Source: Candidatus Anstonellales archaeon
Lineage (GTDB): Archaea > Micrarchaeota > Micrarchaeia > Anstonellales > J096
Length of the DNA: 64,000 nucleotides
Reading direction: 5' to 3'
Assembly (NCBI GenBank): GCA_038890745.1
Contig: JAWAFD010000002.1
Coordinates: 248,782-312,781 of the forward strand
A program made the position numbers and the translations under genes. Positions 1 through 8,335 of this stretch are shown here, piece by piece. Position 1 is the stretch's first letter. The number at the start of each line of letters is the position of its first letter. The notes beneath the pieces are model-generated. The model was not told where the DNA came from and ran no database searches. It worked only from the letters and a program-made list of their open reading frames with translations.

Positions 1-164
1 CCGAGCTCTTCGCCTTTTTTCTCCAGCAAATCCTGTATTCCTTTGAAAGAGCTTTCGGCTACAGCAAGCATCATGACAAAACTTAGAAGCTGCTCCTCCA
101 TAGGTCCTGGAAATCTGTGCACCTTTTCTTCATGCTCCTTTTCTTTTTGTGCATGTTTCACCAT
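1..164 (-). CDS. Hypothetical protein, 5' part only (runs off window start)
   Basis: Open frame from ATG at 164 (MVKHAQKEKEHEEKVHRFPGPMEEQLLSF...) to the window edge; not in ORF track. Confidence 0.55.
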   Translation of the reverse strand, partial: MVKHAQKEKEHEEKVHRFPGPMEEQLLSFVMMLAVAESSFKGIQDLLEKKGEEL

Positions 165-198
165 ACAAGATCCCTTGATTTTCTTGTTAACATATAAT

Positions 199-539
199 TG
201 CAGGGGATGGGATTTCCAAACCCTTTTCCGCTGAAGCGCTTTTAGGCAGCCCGAAAAGGGCTCTTTGAACCCATGAACCCACTAAGGGACAGGATTTTTT
301 CATAAGGGCACGGGGTTAGTAAATGGTTAGGTGCCCAACCGCCGTCCCATCTACCCTCCACCAAAAGGCGGAAGGGGTTGATAAGGGCACGGGGTTAGTA
401 AATGGTTAGGTGCCCAACCGCCGTCCCATCTACCCTCCACCAAAAGGCGGAAGGGGTTGATAAGGGCACGGGGTTAGTAAATGGTTAGGTGCCCTTATTC
501 TTAAGTCCTGCGCCTTTGACCAGACTTGGCGACCCCTGC
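199..539 (-). tRNA. tRNA-Leu(UAA) with two introns (37/38: 296-499; 59/60: 213-263)
   Basis: Spliced sequence GCAGGGG-TC-GCC AAGTCTGGTCAAA GGC-G-CAGGA CT TAA GA TCCTG-long variable arm-ATGGG TTCAAAT CCCAT-CCCCTGC-A folds as a class II cloverleaf; T-loop intron has a full BHB. Confidence 0.93.
302..494. repeat. Exact tandem repeat, period 79 nt (35-nt unit A x3, 44-nt unit B x2), inside tRNA-Leu intron
   Basis: ataagggcacggggttagtaaatggttaggtgccc at 302, 381, 460; aaccgccgtcccatctaccctccaccaaaaggcggaaggggttg at 337 and 416. Confidence 0.97.
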
Positions 540-594
540 AAAAACGGAACCCATGTCCCGTTTAATTTTTAAATAAAGGAAAATGTTTATATTC

Positions 595-1356
595 ATGCAC
601 CATTTGATACGCTTTTACTATCCGCGTGCCAACTCCTCACCCATGCTTTTGCTCAAGAACAGCGATGGTATGCAGTCTTTCTCGCTTGAGTTAAATAAAA
701 AAATTTCAATAGAATTTTTGGAGAAAAAATGTATCGGGTACAGAGGCGTTTCTGGATTTTTTCCCTGCCCAAACGATGCGATAAACACAAAACAGTGCCC
801 CACATGCAGGTTCAGGGATATCTCAAAGGTTTATACCCGGATGGATATTTCTGGATATGAAGGGTTGGAAGAAAAATTCAAGAACCGGATGGTTAGCATC
901 TATCTCGCTTCTTTTGGGCCGTTGGTGAAGGTTGGAGTAAGCGAAAATGTTGAGAGAAGGGTTTACGAACAGGGCGCTGATTTTTGGGCGGAGATCATGC
1001 GCATGAAAGCTGAGGAAGCATACTCAATGGAGCAGATAATAAAAGAGAGGTTTGGAATTCCTGATGCGATACATTCGAGAAAGAAAATATCCGTTCTCTG
1101 TTCGGATGAAAACCCGCTGCCGGGGGTGATAGAAAAAATGCGTTCTGATGAGCTTATCTCTCCATATCTTAAAGAAAGTATCTCACTGAAAAGGAACATT
1201 TTTATATTTCCAAAGAATCCGAGAGCGAGCAAGAAAGACATTTCAGGAAAAATTTCTGGCTGGAAGGGCCAATTCCTATTTTTTTCTGATGGCGGAGAAA
1301 ATTTTTTTGCAGATATGAAAGCAAAAGAGGGGTTTTTGATTAATCTGAAAGAATAG
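595..1356 (+). CDS. DUF2797-family Zn-binding protein
   Basis: C..G...CP...QCPTC cluster, then IYLA..G..KVG and R..EQGA motifs; start placed at MHHLIRF (track gives 583). Confidence 0.75.
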   Translation: MHHLIRFYYPRANSSPMLLLKNSDGMQSFSLELNKKISIEFLEKKCIGYRGVSGFFPCPNDAINTKQCPTCRFRDISKVYTRMDISGYEGLEEKFKNRMVSIYLASFGPLVKVGVSENVERRVYEQGADFWAEIMRMKAEEAYSMEQIIKERFGIPDAIHSRKKISVLCSDENPLPGVIEKMRSDELISPYLKESISLKRNIFIFPKNPRASKKDISGKISGWKGQFLFFSDGGENFFADMKAKEGFLINLKE

Positions 1357-1395
1357 GGGTTTTTAATTTTTTCTTTGTTTAAGAACTAAGCATCT

Positions 1396-1622
1396 GCTCC
1401 GGTAGTCTAGTGGTCAAGGATATCGGCCTCTCGTGGAATTTAAAAATTCCAGGGAAAGCCGGTGACCCGGGTTCGAAACCAAACCCAGGGGGAAGTTTCT
1501 CCCTAGGTTCCAGGTCTCTTTCTTAACCCCCTCATTTTTGCTCGTATAAGATAGGAGGGTTGGAGTTAGGGGGTCATCTAATAAGCTGAGCCCCCTGGCT
1601 GGTGGAAATCCCGGCCGGAGCA
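1396..1622 (+). tRNA. tRNA-Glu(CUC) with two introns (37/38: 1434-1456; 59/60: 1478-1608)
   Basis: Spliced GCTCCGGTAGTCTAGTGGTCAAGGATATCGGCCTCTCGAGCCGGTGACCCGGGTTCGAATCCCGGCCGGAGCA; both junctions form BHB motifs (CTCT/AGGG and TTCG/TGGA central helices). Confidence 0.95.
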
Positions 1623-1625
1623 AAT

Positions 1626-1910
1626 TTATTTTCTGCGTTTTCTTCTCACTCTTCCAGCCGGTTTTTTTGCTTTTGTTTTCTGGCCCATCCCTACCCTTAC
1701 CTCGGGTTTTGCAAGCAGCTCACCTTTCTGTACGGTATTTATATTGAGAATATCATACGCAGGGCAGTAGCCGAGTATGCCGGTCAGAAATACAATCACA
1801 CCGATTCCGTACAAAATCCAGTTGTTTCCATAGTAAAATCCAAGCACTATCAGGAAAATGCCGACAACCAGCCTTAGGGTTTGGTCCAATATTCCTACAT
1901 TCTGTTTCAT
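1626..1910 (-). CDS. DUF2892 (YgaP-like) small membrane protein with basic tail
   Basis: MKQNVG..D..LR..VG, two TM helices, TG..GYCPAY..L.INT signature. Confidence 0.85.
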   Translation of the reverse strand: MKQNVGILDQTLRLVVGIFLIVLGFYYGNNWILYGIGVIVFLTGILGYCPAYDILNINTVQKGELLAKPEVRVGMGQKTKAKKPAGRVRRKRRK

Positions 1911-1941
1911 ATTCTCACCGCTTTTTATTCACCCAAGAGAG

Positions 1942-1949
1942 TTTTTAAA
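1942..1949. promoter_or_regulatory. Probable TATA box (TTTTTAAA) between divergent DUF2892 and cysteine synthase genes
   Basis: About 23 nt upstream of the ATG at 1972 with no Shine-Dalgarno; the same arrangement recurs before many genes in the window. Confidence 0.5.
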
Positions 1950-1971
1950 CATTCCCTTTGAGTAGAATATC

Positions 1972-2823
1972 ATGGACATTCTTTCAGCAATAGGCAACAC
2001 GCCTTTAGTGAAATTGAAGTGCGGAGCGTACGCAAAGCTTGAGTACTACAACCCAACAGGTTCTATAAAAGATAGGATTGCAAAGCAAATTGTTGAGGAT
2101 GCTGAAAAAACCGGAAGGCTGAAAAAGGGAATGATAATTCTTGAAGCCACATCCGGAAATACTGGCATTTCCATGGCTTTTGTTGGAGCCGTTAAAGGAT
2201 ATAAAGTAAAAATAATAATGCCCTGCTGCATGACTTTGGAAAGAAGGGCAATCATAACCAGCTTTGGGGCTGAGCTTGAGCTTGCGGATGACCCGATAGA
2301 TGCTATAAACAAAGCAGAAAAATATGCGAAAGAAAAACCGAATGTTTATTTTTTTGCAAACCAATTTGCAAACTACAGCAATGTTAAGGCGCATATGAAA
2401 ACGGGCGAGGAAATATGGAAGCAGACAAAGGGAAAAGTAACCCATTTTTTCGCAGGTTTGGGAACCGGTGGAACTATCACGGGTGTTGCGAAATACTTGA
2501 AAAAGAAAAACCCAAAAATCAAGATTATTGCTGTGGAGCCGAAAGAGAATGAAATAATCCAGGGGCTTATGAATTTTGCATTCAGGGATAAGTATGCAAA
2601 AGTTTTGGAGGCTGAGCTGATAGATGAGTTTGTTGAGGTTTCGTTGAAGGACGCGATAGAGTATCAGAAAAAACTTATTTTGGAAGAAGGGGTTTTTGGC
2701 GGGCAGAGCTCTGGCGCAATATACAAAACAGTTCTTGAGTATTCAGATAAAGCAAAATGCCCTGTTTTTATTGTGCCGGATGCTGGTTTCAAATATCTCA
2801 GTGTTTTAAGTATTGAAAAATAA
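1972..2823 (+). CDS. cysK: PLP-dependent cysteine synthase family protein
   Basis: IGNTPLV, NPTGSIKDR (PLP lysine), EATSGNTG, GTGGT motifs. Confidence 0.88.
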   Translation: MDILSAIGNTPLVKLKCGAYAKLEYYNPTGSIKDRIAKQIVEDAEKTGRLKKGMIILEATSGNTGISMAFVGAVKGYKVKIIMPCCMTLERRAIITSFGAELELADDPIDAINKAEKYAKEKPNVYFFANQFANYSNVKAHMKTGEEIWKQTKGKVTHFFAGLGTGGTITGVAKYLKKKNPKIKIIAVEPKENEIIQGLMNFAFRDKYAKVLEAELIDEFVEVSLKDAIEYQKKLILEEGVFGGQSSGAIYKTVLEYSDKAKCPVFIVPDAGFKYLSVLSIEK

Positions 2824-2846
2824 AAACAAGAAAAGTAAACACAAAA

Positions 2847-2919
2847 CGCCCCGGGTCGGATTTGAACCGACGACCTTCCGGTTAACAGCCGGACGCTCTA
2901 CCAGCTGAGCTACCGAGGC
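2847..2919 (-). tRNA. tRNA-Asn(GUU), intronless
   Basis: GCCTCGGTAGCTCAGCTGGTAGAGCGTCCGGCTGTTAACCGGAAGGTCGTCGGTTCAAATCCGACCCGGGGCG cloverleaf. Confidence 0.97.
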
Positions 2920-2986
2920 ATTATGGAGTAAGGTTTTTTATTAGCAAAAGAACTGTTTAAAAAACTAAGCGGACACAAGATTTCCA

Positions 2987-4105
2987 ATGAAAAAAATAGC
3001 AACAATAAATTTTTTAGACCATTTTGTATTCTACTCATTAAGTTTAATCTTTCCGCTTTACCTAGCACAGAAAAATCTCTCTTTGAGCGAGATAGGTCTC
3101 TTACTTTCAATCATGCCGTTTGTGAGCATAGCTTTCAGGCTTTTGTTTGCATACGTGGCGGATAGGATTGGGTACAAACTTTTCTTTATAATCGATGGGA
3201 TTTCCATGGCGCTCGCAAATGTAATCTATGCTTTTGCATCTCTTCCCATACATTTTGGATTGGGTAAGATTAGCGAGGCTGTTTCAACCCAATCATTCTG
3301 GGCGGTTAACAGAACAGCGATCTATTTCTCCTCAAACGGTCGGGAGGAAAAAAGCGCTGCATTTATGGATGGTGTAAGGAGGGTGGCGATCGCCTTAGGC
3401 ACCCTTGCGAGTGGTTTTTTCCTCACATCCATATCCTTTGAAAACACATTCATCCTACTATCCACGATCTCCCTTTTCCTGGCTTTTATTGCATTTACGC
3501 TTAAAGGAAAAATCACACCAATCCGCTTCAACATGAAAGATTTTTCCCTTGCGGTTCTAATGAAAAGGAAAAGAAGTTTTTGGCAGACTTCGCTTGCGAT
3601 GGTCTTTTCTGTTTCCGTTCTCACAGTTCTTGTGATGTTTGCCCTTCCCTTGTTTATGAAAGAGCAGCTTGGGCTTTCTTATGAAGAGATAGGGGTTTTA
3701 TTCACCATTTTTTATGTTGCGAGCGCTATCGGTTCTTTTATAACATTAAAAAAAGATTTTCAGCTCTATTTTCTTCCGCTGATGGTTTTCCTTAGCCTTT
3801 CCATCATTTTCTTACCGCTCTCTCCGGCTGAATATTTTTTTATCCTTTTTGTTATTTTCTCTTTATCCTACGGAATACTGTTTGCCTTCCATGAGTACAT
3901 AATCGCGAAAGAGACAAAGGGGAGTAAGACGGTTTCTCTTGATATAGGGGTTTTGCACATTCCCACAAGGATAGCGCAGACCATTGTTCTAATCCTTGGC
4001 GGTTTTCTCGCTCAGATCTTTGGTTTTGTTTCTGTTTTCCTGCTTTCTTTTTTCATGTTTGTTGGGTTTTCGGTTGTTGCGCATGGATTAATAAAAAAGA
4101 ATTAG
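2987..4105 (+). CDS. MFS transporter
   Basis: About 12 hydrophobic segments; ADRIGYK resembles MFS motif A. Confidence 0.85.
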   Translation: MKKIATINFLDHFVFYSLSLIFPLYLAQKNLSLSEIGLLLSIMPFVSIAFRLLFAYVADRIGYKLFFIIDGISMALANVIYAFASLPIHFGLGKISEAVSTQSFWAVNRTAIYFSSNGREEKSAAFMDGVRRVAIALGTLASGFFLTSISFENTFILLSTISLFLAFIAFTLKGKITPIRFNMKDFSLAVLMKRKRSFWQTSLAMVFSVSVLTVLVMFALPLFMKEQLGLSYEEIGVLFTIFYVASAIGSFITLKKDFQLYFLPLMVFLSLSIIFLPLSPAEYFFILFVIFSLSYGILFAFHEYIIAKETKGSKTVSLDIGVLHIPTRIAQTIVLILGGFLAQIFGFVSVFLLSFFMFVGFSVVAHGLIKKN

Positions 4106-4236
4106 GCAACATCACATTCGCTCCATCCGCAGTTTGGACATTCTACGCATCCTTCCTCATGCACAAGCTTACTTCCGCAGATAGGGCATATCCCTTTTTT
4201 TATTTTCTTCTTTTCATCGTTATTTTTAACAGCCAA
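4102..4236 (-). CDS. 44-aa stand-alone zinc ribbon resembling the C-terminal tail of class II ribonucleotide reductase
   Basis: TTG start with GAGGGGG upstream; [44 protein letters not shown]; below ORF-track cutoff. Confidence 0.75.
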   Translation of the reverse strand: MAVKNNDEKKKIKKGICPICGSKLVHEEGCVECPNCGWSECDVA

Positions 4237-4237
4237 C

Positions 4238-4519
4238 TCATTCCCCCTCGCTTTTGAGCTTAAACGAGAGCAAGCTGTTTATCCATCCTGAGTGGAAAAG
4301 TTCGGAAAGAAGCCTTTTTGCTTTTGACAAAACCTTTTTTTCATCCTCTTCTATAAGCCATATCAAAAAAAGAAGGTCTTGTATGCCGGCCTCTGTTGCT
4401 TCTTCAAACTCCTTTTTTAGCTTTTTTATCTCCTCCTTGTTTTTTTTCAGGAATTCCTTAAAACTCTTTGATTTTTCTGCCCTTTCTGCTTCTTCATCAG
4501 GTTCTTTTTCTTTGTACAT
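4238..4519 (-). CDS. Hypothetical charged helical protein
   Basis: 93-aa ORF co-oriented between pgk and the Zn-ribbon ORF. Confidence 0.6.
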   Translation of the reverse strand: MYKEKEPDEEAERAEKSKSFKEFLKKNKEEIKKLKKEFEEATEAGIQDLLFLIWLIEEDEKKVLSKAKRLLSELFHSGWINSLLSFKLKSEGE

Positions 4520-4559
4520 GCATAAACGTTCCGATAAACCATTTAAAAAGTTTTCGAAT

Positions 4560-5741
4560 TTACCGTGCCTTTTTCCTCAGCATCTCCACTCCCACCAGCT
4601 CCTCTCCCCCTAAGTATCTTAAAAATGCTTTTCCGCTTAGGCTTATATAGCCAAACTTACTTTCATCCAGCCCGAAAAGTTCTAGTGCGTTTGTTGTATG
4701 CCCGCCTCCGATAAGAGAAAACCCTTTGCTCTCTGTTATCGCCCTAAGCACATCCTCTGTTCCAAATGAAAAATCCAAAACCTCGTACATCCCCATCGGG
4801 CCGTTCATCACTATGTACTTTGCTTTTTTTATTATCTTTGAATATTTCTTGACTGTTTCGGGCCCTATATCAAGAATTTCACCTCTTATTTTTTCCCCAA
4901 CTTTAACTATCTCTTTTTCTCCGGTCTCTGTTTTTACGGCAACATCAACCGGTAAGAATATCTCCTCCCTATGTTTAGCCATTATCTCCTTCACCTCATC
5001 AACATATTTCATCATATCATTTGTAATCAGGTAACCCATGGAGGCCCCTATGTCATTTCCTTCTGCATACAGGAAAAGGTTTGCTATTACCCCCCCAAGC
5101 AAAAATTTATTTTTTCCATTAAGCTGTTTTTTCATTATCTTTAACGAGTCCTTAACCTTACTTCCTCCCATCACAAACACGACATCCTCTCCCTTGCTTA
5201 CCTTATCTAATGCCTCCAACTCTTTAATTAGGGTTCTGCCAGCAAGCACAGGAAGCTTTTCGCCAAACCCGACAACAGAGGCATGTTTTCTGTGGCTTAC
5301 GCTGAGCGCATCGAGTATGAAGTAATCCGCAAGAGGAGAAAGCTCCTTTACGATCTTTGCTTCGCTTACGCTTTCCTCTTTCATCTCATCCTCAACAAAC
5401 CTCACATTTTCAAGAAGAACGATCTCGCCATCTTTCAGCTCTTTTATTGCTTTTTTCGCCTCCTCACCGCAAACATCGGGTACAAACTTGACCGGTTTTC
5501 CAACCTCTTCAGCAAGGAGCTGCGCATGCTGTTTTAGGGTGATGAAATCCTCATCGCCAGGCGCTCCCTGATGAGAAAGTAGGACGATCTTCGCACCTAC
5601 ATCTGAAAGCTCTCTCACGCTCTTTGCATGTTCCCTTATCCTTGGGTTTGGAAGAACCTCCCCATTGCTCACAGGAGAGTTCAGGTCTATTCTCTTTATA
5701 ACAACCTTTCCTTTCAGGTCTACATCATATACAGATTTCAT
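4560..5741 (-). CDS. pgk: Phosphoglycerate kinase
   Basis: RIDLNSP, SHQG, LLENVRF, DIGPET, NGPMG, GGGHT motifs. Confidence 0.93.
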   Translation of the reverse strand: MKSVYDVDLKGKVVIKRIDLNSPVSNGEVLPNPRIREHAKSVRELSDVGAKIVLLSHQGAPGDEDFITLKQHAQLLAEEVGKPVKFVPDVCGEEAKKAIKELKDGEIVLLENVRFVEDEMKEESVSEAKIVKELSPLADYFILDALSVSHRKHASVVGFGEKLPVLAGRTLIKELEALDKVSKGEDVVFVMGGSKVKDSLKIMKKQLNGKNKFLLGGVIANLFLYAEGNDIGASMGYLITNDMMKYVDEVKEIMAKHREEIFLPVDVAVKTETGEKEIVKVGEKIRGEILDIGPETVKKYSKIIKKAKYIVMNGPMGMYEVLDFSFGTEDVLRAITESKGFSLIGGGHTTNALELFGLDESKFGYISLSGKAFLRYLGGEELVGVEMLRKKAR

Positions 5742-5785
5742 CCTCTCGCCCCCAATTAAGAACATTACTCAAAAGAAACAAAAGG

Positions 5786-7807
5786 TTATTTAACCTTCTC
5801 TTTTTTCTCCTTTATTTTTTTCTTTGATGGGCATTCAAAGTTCAGGCACATCTCAAACATCCCCTTTTTTCCCATCTTAACCTTTACAACAGGAGCGCCG
5901 CACTCCTCGCATGTTTTTTTAGTCGGCAGGACATATGCGTTGCGTGGAAGTGGGTATATCATCTTACAGTTCGGATAGTTTGAGCATCCAACAAATTGTT
6001 TCCCGCCATTCATCCTTATTATCCTAAGATCCGAGCCACATTCAGGGCATTTCCCTACGATGTTCTTTTCTGCATCCATTACCTTCCATGATGCGAGCAA
6101 CTCCTTTCCTATCTCCTTCTCTTCAGCTTTGAACCTGCTTAGGATTTCGGTAAGCACAACCTTTCCTTCCTCCACTACCCTCTCCTTTTCCATCTTTCCT
6201 TCCTGTATTTTTTCCATTTCTTCCTCTATCCTTCTCGTAAGCTCCACATCCAGTATTTGTGGGGAGTGCCTCCCGAGCACTTCCTCAACAACCATCCCGA
6301 ATTCAGTAACCTCTATGCTTTTTCCTTTTATGTATTGCCGGTCATACAGCGTATCTACAATCACAGACCTGGTTGCCTTTGTTCCAAGATGAAGCCTTTC
6401 TAGTTCTTTGACGAGTGTTGCGGGCGTGAAGCGCGCAGGTGGTTTTGTTTCTTTTTTCTTTTTCTCAGTTTTTTGTATAGAAACGTTCTCCCCGTTCTTA
6501 AAATCCGGAAGCTCCTCATCTTTAATCTTTGCGTAAGGATAGAATTCTATCCATCCCCTTTCCCTTGTTTTTACGCCTTCTGCTTTGTATTTCTCTCCTG
6601 CATCAACCCTCACGCTCACAACCTCTCTTACCGCAAACGGGGCGAAGCAGGATAGGAATCTTCTTACTATCAAATCGTAAAGTTTCTTCTCGTTTCCCCC
6701 TACTTTTCCCTTCATACCTGTCGGATGGATTGCGGGATGAGCCGGGTCTTCCTTTGCCCCTTCTCTTGGTTTTAGCCATTTATTCGCGAGGAGTTTTTCC
6801 GCATCTTCTCTGTACTCCTCCTGTTCTTTCAACCTCTCTATTATTTTCTGCAGGCCCAATTTTGCTGGAAGCTTCTGGCTTGAGGTTCTTGGGTAAGAGA
6901 TAAGCGATGCTTCATATAATGATTGGGCGAGTTGTAGGGTCTGGCTCGGAGAAAATCCAAAAACCCTGCTCGCCTCAAGCTGGAGGGAAGTTAGGTCGAA
7001 TGGCGGGTTTGGCGGTATTTTTTTCTCCTCCTTTTTTACATTCTCAACCGTTCCCTCCTTTTTCGTTCTTTCTCTTGCTCCATCAGCTTCCTTTTCATCA
7101 AAAAATTTTTCTTTCTCATGAATGAAATAAACATTCTTTATTTTTGCATAAATCTCCCAATAAGGAGTTGGTTTGAAGTTTCTTATCTCCTTTTCTCTCT
7201 TTACTAATATTTCCAGTGTTGGTCCCTGTACCCTACCTATGCTCATCGTTATTCCTTTTCCGCCCGCAGAGCCTATTGCCCTCATCAGTGCCCTGCTTAG
7301 ATTTATACCATAATACCAATCCAGGATGTGCCTTGCTTCTCCGGCATATACATTCCCATAATCCATCTCGCTCAGGTTTTCAAAAGCCTCTTTCAGCTCG
7401 TATGGTGTGAGGGTGGAGAATTTCATCCTTTTCAGTTTTTTCCCTCCACCCACCGCAAACCTGTAAACATTATATCCTATGAGAGACCCTTCTATATCAT
7501 AGTCGCAAGCAATGATGACCTCATCCGCCTTCTTTCCTAGCTTTTCAAGAATGCTTATGTAATCCTTTGTGTAGTACGCGCCCTTTACCGCCTTATAAGA
7601 TGGAACCCATTCAATATCAAAAACAGGATAATCAAAGCTCTTTTTTTTCTCAGCAAGCGTGTAGACATGCCCTACCGCTGGTGCGACAGCAATCTCCTCT
7701 CCGATGGCGTAGTAGCCTGCCTTCCCCATCTTCACGAATTTTGCGTTTCCTATCGCAGATGCAATCTTCCCGGCGACCTTTGGTTTTTCAGCTATTATAA
7801 GAATCAT
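5786..7807 (-). CDS. topA: DNA topoisomerase I (type IA) with C-terminal Zn fingers
   Basis: IIAEKP, DYDIEG, SIGRVQ, ISYPRT (catalytic Tyr), AHPAIHPT, LGTKATR. Confidence 0.95.
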   Translation of the reverse strand: MILIIAEKPKVAGKIASAIGNAKFVKMGKAGYYAIGEEIAVAPAVGHVYTLAEKKKSFDYPVFDIEWVPSYKAVKGAYYTKDYISILEKLGKKADEVIIACDYDIEGSLIGYNVYRFAVGGGKKLKRMKFSTLTPYELKEAFENLSEMDYGNVYAGEARHILDWYYGINLSRALMRAIGSAGGKGITMSIGRVQGPTLEILVKREKEIRNFKPTPYWEIYAKIKNVYFIHEKEKFFDEKEADGARERTKKEGTVENVKKEEKKIPPNPPFDLTSLQLEASRVFGFSPSQTLQLAQSLYEASLISYPRTSSQKLPAKLGLQKIIERLKEQEEYREDAEKLLANKWLKPREGAKEDPAHPAIHPTGMKGKVGGNEKKLYDLIVRRFLSCFAPFAVREVVSVRVDAGEKYKAEGVKTRERGWIEFYPYAKIKDEELPDFKNGENVSIQKTEKKKKETKPPARFTPATLVKELERLHLGTKATRSVIVDTLYDRQYIKGKSIEVTEFGMVVEEVLGRHSPQILDVELTRRIEEEMEKIQEGKMEKERVVEEGKVVLTEILSRFKAEEKEIGKELLASWKVMDAEKNIVGKCPECGSDLRIIRMNGGKQFVGCSNYPNCKMIYPLPRNAYVLPTKKTCEECGAPVVKVKMGKKGMFEMCLNFECPSKKKIKEKKEKVK

Positions 7808-7861
7808 CTGTTCTTTGTTTTTATTAAGGTTTTTTAAAATGCTCGGTTTTTGAATATCTCC

Positions 7862-8332
7862 ATGAAACCATCCACGCACGATCTTTCAGCGGTTGCGTTT
7901 GGAACTATGGACGGCGTGATAAATGTTCTTGGCATCCTTCTTGGGGTGTATGCAGCTACTAGCAGCAGGCTTGCGGTTATTGCTGCTGTTGTTGCGGGAG
8001 GGGTTGCGAATGGAATCGCAAACGCGGCAGGCCTTCATGTTTCAAAAGAGGTTGATGGCGTTAGGGGGCATGGAAAAATATTCTTTATAATGCTCTATGG
8101 GTTTCTTGCAACCTTCCTGACTGGCTTAGTTCAGATCGTCCCGCTATTTTTTCTTCCTTTGGATGTTGGCGTTTATGTAGGCGCATTCATAGGCCTTGTG
8201 CTTCTTGCGATCCTTGGGTACATGAATGAAAAAAGTTTACACGTTTCATTAGAGTATGTAGGAATGGGCCTTGTTGGTGGGGTTCTTGCATATTCATTGG
8301 GAGCATTAATAAATTCGGTTATTGCGGGTTGA
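7862..8332 (+). CDS. VIT1/CCC1 family membrane transporter
   Basis: FGTMDGV..LG...GV pattern and five hydrophobic helices. Confidence 0.8.
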   Translation: MKPSTHDLSAVAFGTMDGVINVLGILLGVYAATSSRLAVIAAVVAGGVANGIANAAGLHVSKEVDGVRGHGKIFFIMLYGFLATFLTGLVQIVPLFFLPLDVGVYVGAFIGLVLLAILGYMNEKSLHVSLEYVGMGLVGGVLAYSLGALINSVIAG

Positions 8333-8335
8333 AGC

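Noticed and set aside
43..234. 63-aa plus-strand ORF
   Set aside because: It is antisense to a more plausible minus-strand CDS and overlaps the tRNA-Leu 3' end.
302..494. CRISPR array (35-nt palindromic repeats with 44-nt spacers)
   Set aside because: Both spacers are identical, the array lies inside a tRNA intron, and there is no leader or cas gene in the window.
1478..1608. Box C/D guide RNA call in the tRNA-Glu intron
   Set aside because: A CTGA is present but there is no RTGATGA-like box C, so it is kept only as a structured intron.
1414..1623. 69-aa minus-strand ORF as an intron-encoded protein
   Set aside because: It is antisense to tRNA-Glu, spans exons and has no recognisable motifs.
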